Shown: one piece after another, positions 30,786 to 40,843 of the stretch
How the letters are laid out: each line of letters begins with the position of its first letter
Numbering within the stretch: position 1 is the stretch's first letter
Origin: Tortispora ganteri
Lineage: Eukaryota
NCBI GenBank assembly: GCA_003707115.1
Contig: PPNB01000005.1
Coordinates: 310,001-374,000, forward strand
Direction: 5' to 3'
DNA: 64,000 nt
The notes under the pieces: generated by a model
Seen by the model: only the letters and a program-made list of their open reading frames with translations
Told to the model about the DNA's origin: nothing
Databases searched by the model: none
Made by a program: the position numbers and the translations under genes

Positions 30786-32300
30786 TTATAATTGATATGT
30801 GAAAAAAGGATTCTTAGTACCTAAAGCGGCAAATTCTTTAGGATCGCGGTCCAGAATCTCAGGGTGGTTTTCGAGATAACGTTTCTTATTAGTGTTCTCG
30901 CGATGTAAGTAGAATCTCATAAATGTAGCTATTAGACATCCAAGTACAATGAATCCAATACATAGTCCCTTACCGAGCAGGTACCGAGGCGCGTCTTGAG
31001 AGCGGAAAATATATGAGGATATTATACCACCTGCAGAAGACATACCTATATGAACACCTACCGCAATAGCGCGTGTTTGAGCGTTAGGATACTGGTTTGC
31101 GTTCCATGTCACGTTATTTGGCCATGGTGAATACTGACCAGCAGTAGCAAGAAAACAACCAAAGTACATGACTTTCATATTTGTGGTGGCCATAGATATA
31201 ATAAAACCAATAACACCAAATGTCATTAAAGGTCCAATAACGAACTCATATCGTCTTTTGTATCTGTCAGAGAGGTACGAGTTGGCGAAAGTAACAATAC
31301 ATGCCAAAATGTAAGGCGGAGCAGACATAAGTTGAGCAGTAGTGTTTTTCCAGCCAAGTTGTGTAATAATTGTAGGTAAAAAGAAAGAAAATGAATACAA
31401 AGGAATAGTTACACCCCATCCTGTAATTACAAAGGCCCATACACGCCAATTGAGTGCACCTTCTTTAAAATGTTGCCACCTAAAACCAGAATCATCTTCT
31501 TCAGTATCGCCTTTACCATGATCAAGTTGCAAATGATGACGCCAAAACAGTTTTTCGTCAGGTTTAAGAAAGTTCGCAGACTCAGGAGTGTTATGGATCA
31601 TGAAATAAATAATTAATCCAATACCAATAGTTAAAGCACCTTCAATAATAAAAATCCAGGCCCAACCGGCAATTCCATGAGTTCCATCAAGTTTCATAAT
31701 AGCCCATGCTAACAAACCTGAAAATGCACCAGCAATTGTAGCTGCAGAGAAGAAAAAAGCTACACGACTTGATAGTTCTTGACCACGATACCAGTTTGAA
31801 GCATAGTAACTAAATCCAGAGAATGTAGCAGATTCAAAGAAACCAAGCAAAATACGAAGAGCCAATAATTGATGGTAATTCTTCACAAACCCCATACCAA
31901 GGACGACAGTTCCCCAGCATACAGCGATCATCGGAAGCCATATCTTTGGTCCAAGTATTTTAAGAACAACATTAGCTGGAGCTTCGAAAGTGCAATAAGT
32001 TGCAAAAAATACAGTCAAAAGTACTGAATATTGATGATCAGTAAGTTCAAGATCTTTAGTAAGTCCTGCAATCTTAGCATTACCGATATTACCTCTGTCA
32101 AGGAAAGACAAAAAGTAGAGTAGCGTACAAGCTGGAACTATATTGGCATCGATTTTAAAAAGTAGACGCCTATAAGCCTTTTTATCTTCGAATTTTTTAA
32201 TTGCAGCAGCGAGTTCAGGATTATCGACAAGTACCTTCTCCTTATCAGAAATGATATCTTCGATTTCGGCGTGTTCGTATTTGTCAGTATCAGGAGACAT
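30786..32300 (-). CDS. MFS transporter, Dal5/Tna1 family, copy 2 (tandem paralogue)
   Basis: Colinear and highly similar to 26910..28430; ATG 32300 (MSPDTDKYEHAEI) aligns with copy 1 start. Confidence 0.93.
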   Translation of the reverse strand: MSPDTDKYEHAEIEDIISDKEKVLVDNPELAAAIKKFEDKKAYRRLLFKIDANIVPACTLLYFLSFLDRGNIGNAKIAGLTKDLELTDHQYSVLLTVFFATYCTFEAPANVVLKILGPKIWLPMIAVCWGTVVLGMGFVKNYHQLLALRILLGFFESATFSGFSYYASNWYRGQELSSRVAFFFSAATIAGAFSGLLAWAIMKLDGTHGIAGWAWIFIIEGALTIGIGLIIYFMIHNTPESANFLKPDEKLFWRHHLQLDHGKGDTEEDDSGFRWQHFKEGALNWRVWAFVITGWGVTIPLYSFSFFLPTIITQLGWKNTTAQLMSAPPYILACIVTFANSYLSDRYKRRYEFVIGPLMTFGVIGFIISMATTNMKVMYFGCFLATAGQYSPWPNNVTWNANQYPNAQTRAIAVGVHIGMSSAGGIISSYIFRSQDAPRYLLGKGLCIGFIVLGCLIATFMRFYLHRENTNKKRYLENHPEILDRDPKEFAALGTKNPFFTYQL

Positions 32301-32959
32301 AGTAAAGAATCGAATCAAGGAAGTTAGAACGATGAAACATATCTATTTATGTGTTTTTAACATTTCTAATAATGTCTTTAAGTTCTTGCATATATGCGGG
32401 GTAAGAAGTTTTAAACAAAAAAAAAGAGAAATAACATTAATGTTTACTAATTCTTACAGAAATCGGAACTTGAGCCGTCAGTCTGACATATATAATAAAC
32501 GACTTATTCTTTTTTTTATTGTATATTCTGTCAACGGAATATCAATATTATAGAAGACAATGCTTGATTTAGATGTATTGTGCTTTATAAACCGTCTATC
32601 ACTAACCAAGTCAAGATTGATAGCGAACGGACGTGGGGGATTTTGATAATGATCTACAAAATCGGACTTGCAAGTGAGAATAAGAATTATAGTTATTCTT
32701 TTAATATGACCAATAAAATGATATTACAACATCAAAGTTTCGTCTTAGAGCTATTGAATGGTATAAGAATAAGCTACATTCAGTCTACCCCGCCACGCAC
32801 GATGCCGATGAGACAAATTACCGAACTCACAATTTCAGTAAGACCTATACTTAATAATGAATTGAAACTAGAGTTAAAGTTTTTAGAATCACCATTACTT
32901 TAGGTATTGCACGACGGAATTGCTCAAATTGCATTTGAAATTGTGGTTCTTGAATATCA

Positions 32960-33334
32960 GCCAAGATTTGCCAAGACGTTGAGTTGACTATTGGCTTGGC
33001 ATGGTAATTAGCAAACAATACAGTTGCAATTGGTTATTTCCTTACAATAATATATATATCATAATGATTTTAAAAAAATTTACCCCAGATTATATTACCA
33101 TTTACAGTTTCGGCTATATTTTAAAATTCTAAGCTACTCCACTTTGCTAACGAGGCATTTTTCGAAAGTCTGTTAGAGAGAGTATTATAGCCGGACTTGA
33201 CACTTTAACTCAATAACAACTAATAAAATTAAATTAGCAGCTTGTATTTAAAATTAATTACTTTGTTCAGATGTAGTAGCTGCTTGTATGGGTGATTTGA
33301 CCGTCTAAAAAGTCGAGCCAAGCGTCGTCTTGGC
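32960..33334. promoter_or_regulatory. Cluster of five Rim101/PacC-type GCCAAG sites
   Basis: GCCAAG at 32960, 32970, 33317; CTTGGC at 32995, 33329 (a sixth at 34090). Confidence 0.55.
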
Positions 33335-34813
33335 AGGTACGCCGTTCGAGAATACCTCAATTATTCAGGTCATAATTGATCAAAAATTATGCCAATATAA
33401 TGGAGTAGGATAATAAATAATAAATTTTGTTTTAGTATTTGTGGCTACATAATGTCGAGAACCGTTATTTTACGCAAGCATAGTATTACCAAAGACTGCC
33501 TTTATTGTTCCTAAACAATTGTGAAGCTCTTTCATCAGAAATGCGGGGAACTCAAGAAGACTAAACCTTACATGATTCGCACTGGACTGCCTTTGTGAGG
33601 GCAATTTCAATAATTTCTGATAAATTTTAAATAATTTTCATCTATAGAAATCAGTGACTTTGGCCAGCCTCACGATCTCTACGAAAGATATGTTACTTAT
33701 AAATACTCATTGGTCTTGAATGCTGCAAATCGGACCATTACGCCCGGGAAACAAAAATACGTAACATTTTGGTATTACATTGAAATGTATAACTTGAATA
33801 ACTGCTAAAAAAGTATTCAATAATAAATAGATCAGTATGAACGCTGTATAATCTCGTTAAATATGGCAATAGTTTCTAACTTTGTGAATGTATCAAATAT
33901 ATAACAGTCAGATACTATATATAATGCTAAATTTTAGATTTTATGCCACAAAATGATCAATAATTTTGTATCGACAAATTCATGTTCTTATCAGATGCAC
34001 GATAGTTGATCAACTGCTATTGTGTGGACAACATTACTTACTTTCAAATAAACTTTACAAACCCATCATATTATTGGCTGATTTCTGACGCCAAGATGTC
34101 AATTACAGTGTTAAAAAATATTCAGGTGCAAATATATTACTGTGTATATAACTGTAATAATATACATATTACTATATATATCTCTTATCTATTACCCTAT
34201 TAGAACAATAAAAATGTATTAAGTTATTCACTACAAACGAATATCATAAAACAGAATGCTATTCGCTAAAAGACATTTCTCTTAGTAATATTGCTTATCC
34301 CTTAGTCTTACTAAAAAGACAATACTAATGGGTATTACCCTGCATCACGGCCTTGCATCACTGATAGTATCATTAAAAATCATTCAATTACATTTTATTA
34401 TAAAATTAATTACAAATTTGAAGTCATTATCGTCGAACATCTTCTTATTGTGTATTTACTACAGACATTGTTTGACAGCTAGAGGTGCATGACATTAACC
34501 CTTACCCACACTTATACTCATTTTTCCGGCACCTTAGCGTACTCAACCTTAGGATCAACGCTATATTTTGCTTCGTATCGGCTAGTAGGCGCATATTGTC
34601 TTAACAAACGCGGTCTTGCTTATAGATTTAAAGAAAAATTTATATTAGACGACTTTGCTGGATTCTGAGCAAGTTTTCATTCCTGACGTTTACCACTTTC
34701 GCTGCTAAGCCTATTTTTGGCTCGTTTGCATTTGACCCGTTTTTTTTTTTTGCCCAGGTGTTTTCTATAGATTTTTCAGTTAGCTTATTATTTTTTCTTT
34801 TTTATTATTGATT

Positions 34814-36145
34814 ATGATATTTACTGTTCTGTTAGTCGCGTTTATAGCGGCAGCCGAGCCATTCGCTATGCGATCAGTCAAAAGATCCGACACGTTCATA
34901 TTCGTATCCGATTTGATTCTCTTGAATGAAGTAGTTTATGCAATCCCAGTAATTGTGGGTACAGATACTACTCCTTTAAACCTAGTCTTTGACACAGGCT
35001 CCTATCATATGCTCGCCTACAGTGCTAGCTGTACAGACGCGCCCTGCGCGGGTCGGCGATGGATTGGCACGACAAACTCATCATCTTTGGATGTGACAAC
35101 AACTACATTCGAATGGTTTTATGACGACGGAGTTGCGTCTGGTTTTATTGCCGAAGACGAAATTACGCTCGCGGAGAATCAGACTGTCGAGCTGCAATTC
35201 GGCCTGGCTGATACCGTTAAAGACACCCAGCTCACTACATATGGTGCTGATGGCCTATTAGGTATTGGATCCGGGTACACACAGCAACAGTTTAGTCTTA
35301 TAAGCCAGCTACAGTTGGTTGGAGAGATTAGCAAGGCAGTTTTTGCACTAGACCTGCGGTCGCTCTCGGACCCCTCCAGTAACATCAGCACAGTCTCTTT
35401 TGGAGGCTATGACGACTCGCTGTACGACTCTATTGAATGGTCCGATGTTTTGTCGGGCATAACTCATTGGGAAATCCATCTAAATGCCGTGTATATTGAT
35501 GACGTCGCTGTCGGGTTCAGTGACCTGACTGTGCTTATCGATTCCGGTAGCCCCTACATAACTCTGCCTTATTCTGACTCGTATGTTTTGCATTCCGGCA
35601 TTTATGGCGCCACTCAGGTCTCAGACACAGATTTTGCCGTTCCTTGTGATTCTTCCGAGACTATTGGATTGGGGATTGGTAATAGCAAGTTCTCGTTGTC
35701 TAAAGAAAGCTGGATCGGCGACCCTATTAGCGGGTCTAGCAACATGTGCATGTCGCTGATCAAATCCAATGCTAACTGGACGCAGGATGTGCCGTGGGTA
35801 CTGGGCGTCACATTTCTCCAGAACGTATATGCAGTATTTGATACCGGTGACCGCCGAGTTGGCTTGCAAGCGAAATCCGAAAACCTTCCACTGACACAGA
35901 TTCAGCAAGTCGATACTTCGACAACATCTCCAGGTCAAACATTATTGCGCGCTGCTCCATCTAGTGCTTCGTCTAAGACGCAATTATCGACCTCTTTATC
36001 TACATCTCTCACGATGGCGACCATCACACTCACTTCGCATAGTAAAAGCGCAGCTGACCATGCCTTGAGCCCGAATCTGTCGCTTACCACACTTTTGGCA
36101 ACTACCGCAGCCTTAATACCATTGCTGCTCAGCGCATATTTGTAA
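34814..36145 (+). CDS. Secreted, probably GPI-anchored aspartic protease (yapsin/pepsin family)
   Basis: Signal peptide, KR pro-site, catalytic FDTGS and IDSGS, DGLLGIG, WVLGVTFLQNVYAVFD, Ser/Thr tail and hydrophobic C-terminus. Confidence 0.9.
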   Translation: MIFTVLLVAFIAAAEPFAMRSVKRSDTFIFVSDLILLNEVVYAIPVIVGTDTTPLNLVFDTGSYHMLAYSASCTDAPCAGRRWIGTTNSSSLDVTTTTFEWFYDDGVASGFIAEDEITLAENQTVELQFGLADTVKDTQLTTYGADGLLGIGSGYTQQQFSLISQLQLVGEISKAVFALDLRSLSDPSSNISTVSFGGYDDSLYDSIEWSDVLSGITHWEIHLNAVYIDDVAVGFSDLTVLIDSGSPYITLPYSDSYVLHSGIYGATQVSDTDFAVPCDSSETIGLGIGNSKFSLSKESWIGDPISGSSNMCMSLIKSNANWTQDVPWVLGVTFLQNVYAVFDTGDRRVGLQAKSENLPLTQIQQVDTSTTSPGQTLLRAAPSSASSKTQLSTSLSTSLTMATITLTSHSKSAADHALSPNLSLTTLLATTAALIPLLLSAYL

Positions 36146-36199
36146 TAGCGCATTTATGAGATCAAAGATCTATTAATGTTTTAGTATCTAGTGCCTTGT

Positions 36200-36238
36200 C
36201 TTCTAGCACCTGCCTTCTAGCACCTGCCTTCTAGCACC
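36200..36238. repeat. 14-bp tandem repeat CTTCTAGCACCTGC x2.8
   Basis: Exact copies directly upstream of EFM6. Confidence 0.85.
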
Positions 36239-36281
36239 CACCTTCCCTCTCCCCCCACCACTGAACTCCATACTCTATATA

Positions 36282-37019
36282 ATGGATGCTTTAGACGAGT
36301 TCAGTGCAATATTAAACAATGGGCTTGTACCTGAATTTCAAGAGACAAAATCAGATGTTATAGATCTCGATTTAAGCGATATAAAGCCAGGATTAACGAT
36401 ATCTATAGCTACAGACGGCGGTGCATCAGGATGTGGTGGAAAAATCTGGCCTGCAGGTGAACTACTTGTCAAATACGTATTATTTAAAGAAAACCAGATC
36501 CGTTCAATACTTTTAAATTCAGGATCGCGTCCTCTTGTATTAGAACTTGGATCCGGAACGGGTATATCCGGGCTTGCAGTAGGTAAACTCGATTGTGCAG
36601 ATGTCTGGATTACTGACCAAACACAAATGGTTGATCTGATGCACCAAAACATTATTTTAAATAAACTTGAAGAAACAGTATATGCAAAAGAACTTAATTG
36701 GGGTGAACCTCTACCAAAAGAGGTGATCAACCGGCCACCTACTATTGTATTGGCTGCAGACTGCGTGTATTTAGAATCCGCATTTCCGCTTCTCGAGAGA
36801 ACACTCGAAGATCTTGCAGCTTTAAATGAAGAATGTATGATACTAATGGCTTATAAAAAACGCCGTAAAGCCGACTCAAAGTATTTCAAACTAGCTCGAA
36901 AACATTTTATCATTGAGGAGATATCGGACTTTCCTGACTACGAACAATATAGAAAAGATAGCGTTCGATTATACCAATTCCATTTAAAAAAGAAGTTAAG
37001 TACATTACAGATAGAATAA
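36282..37019 (+). CDS. EFM6: Protein-lysine methyltransferase, METTL21/Efm6 type
   Basis: DGGASGCGGKIWPAG, VLELGSGTG, LNWG, AADCVY, YKKRRKAD. Confidence 0.88.
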   Translation: MDALDEFSAILNNGLVPEFQETKSDVIDLDLSDIKPGLTISIATDGGASGCGGKIWPAGELLVKYVLFKENQIRSILLNSGSRPLVLELGSGTGISGLAVGKLDCADVWITDQTQMVDLMHQNIILNKLEETVYAKELNWGEPLPKEVINRPPTIVLAADCVYLESAFPLLERTLEDLAALNEECMILMAYKKRRKADSKYFKLARKHFIIEEISDFPDYEQYRKDSVRLYQFHLKKKLSTLQIE

Positions 37020-37041
37020 ATGTAATTATTTACATTAATAT

Positions 37042-37713
37042 CTAACGAACAATACGTCGACGTAGTTGTGCAATTTTACTCATAGGGATGGTCGGACCCT
37101 CGGTCTTCCAATACTGAATAGCGTTCTGTTCTCTCTCAATACCACGTTCAATAGGATCCGCATTAAATGAAGTACCGAAAAAAGTTGCCTCTTCAATAGC
37201 GACCTGTACAGCTGTCTCATCTTCCATTCTCGCCCTGTAGAATTCTGTGCGTGCTTGGATGTATGCATCATCAAGTGACAGCTTCTGTTTCTCATTCAAC
37301 CATATAGTTCGCTGAACTACACTCTCACCTGTCAGTCCAAATGCCCGTTGACGAAGCTTACTCCAGTCAGCAAGTCGATGATCATTGCCGTCCGTTTCCG
37401 CCAGGTACCGCGGCCGTGCCAATTCCCATGGGTGTTCCTTGTAGAACCGTTCTCGCAACGCGTCTTCTGGATAAACAAGTTTTGGCGGTGTCGTGAGTGC
37501 TTTACCACTAACTTTTCTCTTTTTTACTCTCGTAGTAAGTCGTTCACGTACATCTTTCGACAGTCCTGGTGAAGTCTTGATGTGAGGTATCTTCAGCAGA
37601 CTCTGATGTGACGGTGGATTTTGTGCCACAGATTTCAGCCATAGTGGCGCATATTTCATATGTCCAAAATTCAACTGCCGTGAAACACGCTGCAACATGT
37701 TTACCGGGTCCAT
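37042..37713 (-). CDS. RSM25: Mitochondrial ribosomal protein mS23
   Basis: YPEDALRERFYKEHPWELARP, LTGESVVQR, AYIQARTEFY. Confidence 0.9.
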   Translation of the reverse strand: MDPVNMLQRVSRQLNFGHMKYAPLWLKSVAQNPPSHQSLLKIPHIKTSPGLSKDVRERLTTRVKKRKVSGKALTTPPKLVYPEDALRERFYKEHPWELARPRYLAETDGNDHRLADWSKLRQRAFGLTGESVVQRTIWLNEKQKLSLDDAYIQARTEFYRARMEDETAVQVAIEEATFFGTSFNADPIERGIEREQNAIQYWKTEGPTIPMSKIAQLRRRIVR

Positions 37714-37950
37714 ATTGATATCTAAATATGTAGAATGGTTTGGTGGTGTTTTCTAAACTTTTTAAATAGCGTAACTAAAGTACTGAACATCTATATACAC
37801 GCGTAAATTTAATACTTACTCCCAAGTCTAAAAGTTCACCAACTAGATTTCTACTACTGCACATTAGAGCAGCTAAATCGCTTCAAATACACAAATATTG
37901 TGTTTGTTTGATTAATAGTCTGCTCTATTGGTTATTTAAACTTACTGAAT

Positions 37951-40341
37951 TTGTTTAAAAATTTACTCGGAAAGGACGCTGTGTCTACAAATCAAGGCTG
38001 TCGGATCCTTTTGTCTAATAATTCATTCAGCGGAACTCATCCCAGATCAGCTCATGCTTTCGTATCGCGCTTAGAAAATTGTCGACACAGCGTCCTTTCT
38101 CGAAGGAACTATTCGATTGAATCGAGCGACTCAAAAGATAACAAAAATTCTGATCCTGTAGATCCAGAAGTGCTCCAATGGGTGCCTGAACTTTCTCTCA
38201 AAGACATCTATAGCGTCATAGAGAAACGTATGAAGGATTCAGAAGATTCTCAAGGTGTAGTAGGAACAGGAACTACCGCTACAAAATCTGCAAAACCAAG
38301 TACGTTTTCGTTTTTTCGTAAGAAAGAACTTCCAAAGCGCACACCAATGTGGAACCGTAAAGGCAGAAAATGGCCGTCTCCTGACGCTATTTCTAAGGCA
38401 GCCTACGCCGATGAGTCAAGACTACTGGCTATCCTTAAATGGAAAGCAAAAGACTATTCTGAACGGCAAAAGCATCTTGAAAGTTTCCAGACGGCAAAAG
38501 ATATCCAGGACGTCGAAATTCAAAACCTCGCAGACTCTTTCGGTTTAAGTGCCTGGAAACAGTACTATCTGTTTAACATGGCCGCTTTGGAAAGCATAGA
38601 CAATAAGGAAAGTGCTACTAGCGACACTGTAAAAGGTCCGCGATCACTTTTCTACAATTTCCTTAAAAGCTCAAAATTATTTGGCTTACATTCACCTTCT
38701 TTCCAGGACCAACGATCGTTTGTGGCCACACCATACCAAGATCCTGAGGGTTACTTGAGTCAACTGGCCAAAATTGCCTATCCGCTTCCCGAATTCACTC
38801 CAGAAAGGGGCGATATATGGCACACTATGTTTATCATTAGTTTACGTACTATACGAACAAGGCTGCGTACTCCACGGGAGCCAGTATGGGATCTAGAAAC
38901 ACTTCAGAGCTTTTCACATCACCTGTTCCACACCAGTGACGACGATTCTTTCCGCGAACTATTCGATCAGTACATGGAATTACCTGAACCAAGACCATTG
39001 CACATGAAACCACGTATGTTTGAACTGTTTCTGTCGCGTCTTTTAGGTCTCGATGTCGTCACTCCGACCTGGGCACAGAAAATACTGACTGTGTACAAGG
39101 ATATGGAATACGCACATCTTTCTTTAACTCCAATTGAACGTTGTTCGCGAATTTACTATGTCGCAATTGCAAGAGGCTGGCCAGTCAATACAGAAGGCCT
39201 TGAAGACGCAATAAGAGAGTATAACGACTATACAGCTTATGTTCAGTCAAAAAACCTGCATATTGTCACTACGCACGATCTTCAAGGGGAATACCGAGTA
39301 GAGAACTCCGTTTTGCCGAACCCTGCATTTACAGGAGGAACGCCTATCCTGTTAGGACTAGCTTTGAATGCAAGAAATCTTGAACTAGCCAACTTCGCGG
39401 CATCGTTGATAGTGGGTCGGCACATATGGGACGGATCTGCATTAAGTGGGCATGGAGTTGGCGAAAAAGAAGCCAGAACGAACCTCGATAGATCAAGTTT
39501 TACACTTTTGTGTCGTCATTTTGCAGATATAGGGCGTCCAGATATTATTCGCAGACTTTACAACGCATTACTGACACAGAACGATGTTGTTATTGATATA
39601 ACGATAGTAAATGCATACTTGGCCGGACTAGTGCGCACGGGGCAAATCGACGAAGCTGAATCTGTATTAACAAATCTGGAAAACAGAGCTAAAGAGAAAG
39701 GGCTGCGGGCCGGCCCAGACCTTAGCAAAGCATTGCAACGACAAATTGAATACCTGCTTAAACTTATCAGTGCGAAGCGGATGATAAACCAGATGAGACC
39801 AGCATCTGATTTCGCTATTATTCCAAGCGCCGAACGCGTGGTTCCAGTGGTTCCTAACCACCAAACATACCTAATGTTCATAATGCACTACTGTCGAACT
39901 GGGTACTATGCGAAAACGCGGGAACTAGTCGAACGAATGGAGTCTGCAGGGGTGCCAGTTTCAGTAGAAGTTGCGACAGTGATTATCCAGGGATTTAACA
40001 AGCGGTACGGGTACCACACGGACGAATGGAGTACTTCTCGGCTGCTGACGTTTTGCGAGGCGTACAAGGATCAGACTATGGCGAATCTCGCGAGAGAGGA
40101 CCAGAAGAAAGTAGTTTGTGTGCGTAAGAAGTGGAATGTGAGACAATTCCAGGAGAAGCCATACGTGACGGCGAAACTTGCGTATGAATGGCTGACAGCG
40201 TTAGTGCGGCGCGGACTGCAGAAAGAAAGCAAAGAGGCACTAGAATGGCTAAGTACTGTGTACTTAGCTGATCACCACAAGCCACTCGAAGAAGAGCGCA
40301 ACATTAAAGGCATTATTGCGACAATGACAGATACGAAGTAA
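37951..40341 (+). CDS. Pentatricopeptide-repeat protein, probably mitochondrial (start uncertain)
   Basis: PPR-like units TIVNAYLAGLVRTGQIDEAESVL and PNHQTYLMFIMHYCRTGYYAKTRELVERMESAGV; first in-frame ATG only at 38230. Confidence 0.78.
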   Translation: MFKNLLGKDAVSTNQGCRILLSNNSFSGTHPRSAHAFVSRLENCRHSVLSRRNYSIESSDSKDNKNSDPVDPEVLQWVPELSLKDIYSVIEKRMKDSEDSQGVVGTGTTATKSAKPSTFSFFRKKELPKRTPMWNRKGRKWPSPDAISKAAYADESRLLAILKWKAKDYSERQKHLESFQTAKDIQDVEIQNLADSFGLSAWKQYYLFNMAALESIDNKESATSDTVKGPRSLFYNFLKSSKLFGLHSPSFQDQRSFVATPYQDPEGYLSQLAKIAYPLPEFTPERGDIWHTMFIISLRTIRTRLRTPREPVWDLETLQSFSHHLFHTSDDDSFRELFDQYMELPEPRPLHMKPRMFELFLSRLLGLDVVTPTWAQKILTVYKDMEYAHLSLTPIERCSRIYYVAIARGWPVNTEGLEDAIREYNDYTAYVQSKNLHIVTTHDLQGEYRVENSVLPNPAFTGGTPILLGLALNARNLELANFAASLIVGRHIWDGSALSGHGVGEKEARTNLDRSSFTLLCRHFADIGRPDIIRRLYNALLTQNDVVIDITIVNAYLAGLVRTGQIDEAESVLTNLENRAKEKGLRAGPDLSKALQRQIEYLLKLISAKRMINQMRPASDFAIIPSAERVVPVVPNHQTYLMFIMHYCRTGYYAKTRELVERMESAGVPVSVEVATVIIQGFNKRYGYHTDEWSTSRLLTFCEAYKDQTMANLAREDQKKVVCVRKKWNVRQFQEKPYVTAKLAYEWLTALVRRGLQKESKEALEWLSTVYLADHHKPLEEERNIKGIIATMTDTK

Positions 40342-40385
40342 CGATAACGAATTATTTTTCCAGTTTCCAATAGTTTCCAGTAATT

Positions 40386-40790
40386 TTAGTTGTTTTTCTC
40401 TTTAGCAGCTTCTTTAGCTTCTGCACGAGCCTCTGCACGCGCTTCTGCGCGGGAAAGCGCCTTTCCTTCTGAGATATCGAAAGTCTTCTTAGCGTCACGG
40501 ATAAGTTTCTGCATAGCGAGTAGCTCCTCTACACGTCCGATCTTCTGCGGATCTTTTCGCAGCGCAAATTTGAAGTCGTCTACTTTTACTTTGGCTCTGC
40601 CGGCGGTACGACTAAACTTTGAGGCTTCATGGCAGAGGTCCACGATGTAGCCAGATAAGATGTCTTCCAGTACTGCGACTGTTTCGCTGTTTGGATTTTT
40701 GACGTCACCAAACGCATAAAGTAGGGAACGCACATCATTTGTAAAGAAACCAGCTCTTTTGCGTTTCCTAGAATCTTGCTGTTTGTCCAT
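40386..40790 (-). CDS. TAF13: TFIID subunit Taf13 (histone fold)
   Basis: LLYAFGD, ETVAVLEDI, KVDDFKFALRKDP.K..R.EEL; ATG at 40790. Confidence 0.92.
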   Translation of the reverse strand: MDKQQDSRKRKRAGFFTNDVRSLLYAFGDVKNPNSETVAVLEDILSGYIVDLCHEASKFSRTAGRAKVKVDDFKFALRKDPQKIGRVEELLAMQKLIRDAKKTFDISEGKALSRAEARAEARAEAKEAAKEKNN

Positions 40791-40843
40791 TTTTTTGGCG
40801 GCAAGACGGTGGTGTCGAGGAGAAGTACGGCATAGCAACGGTA

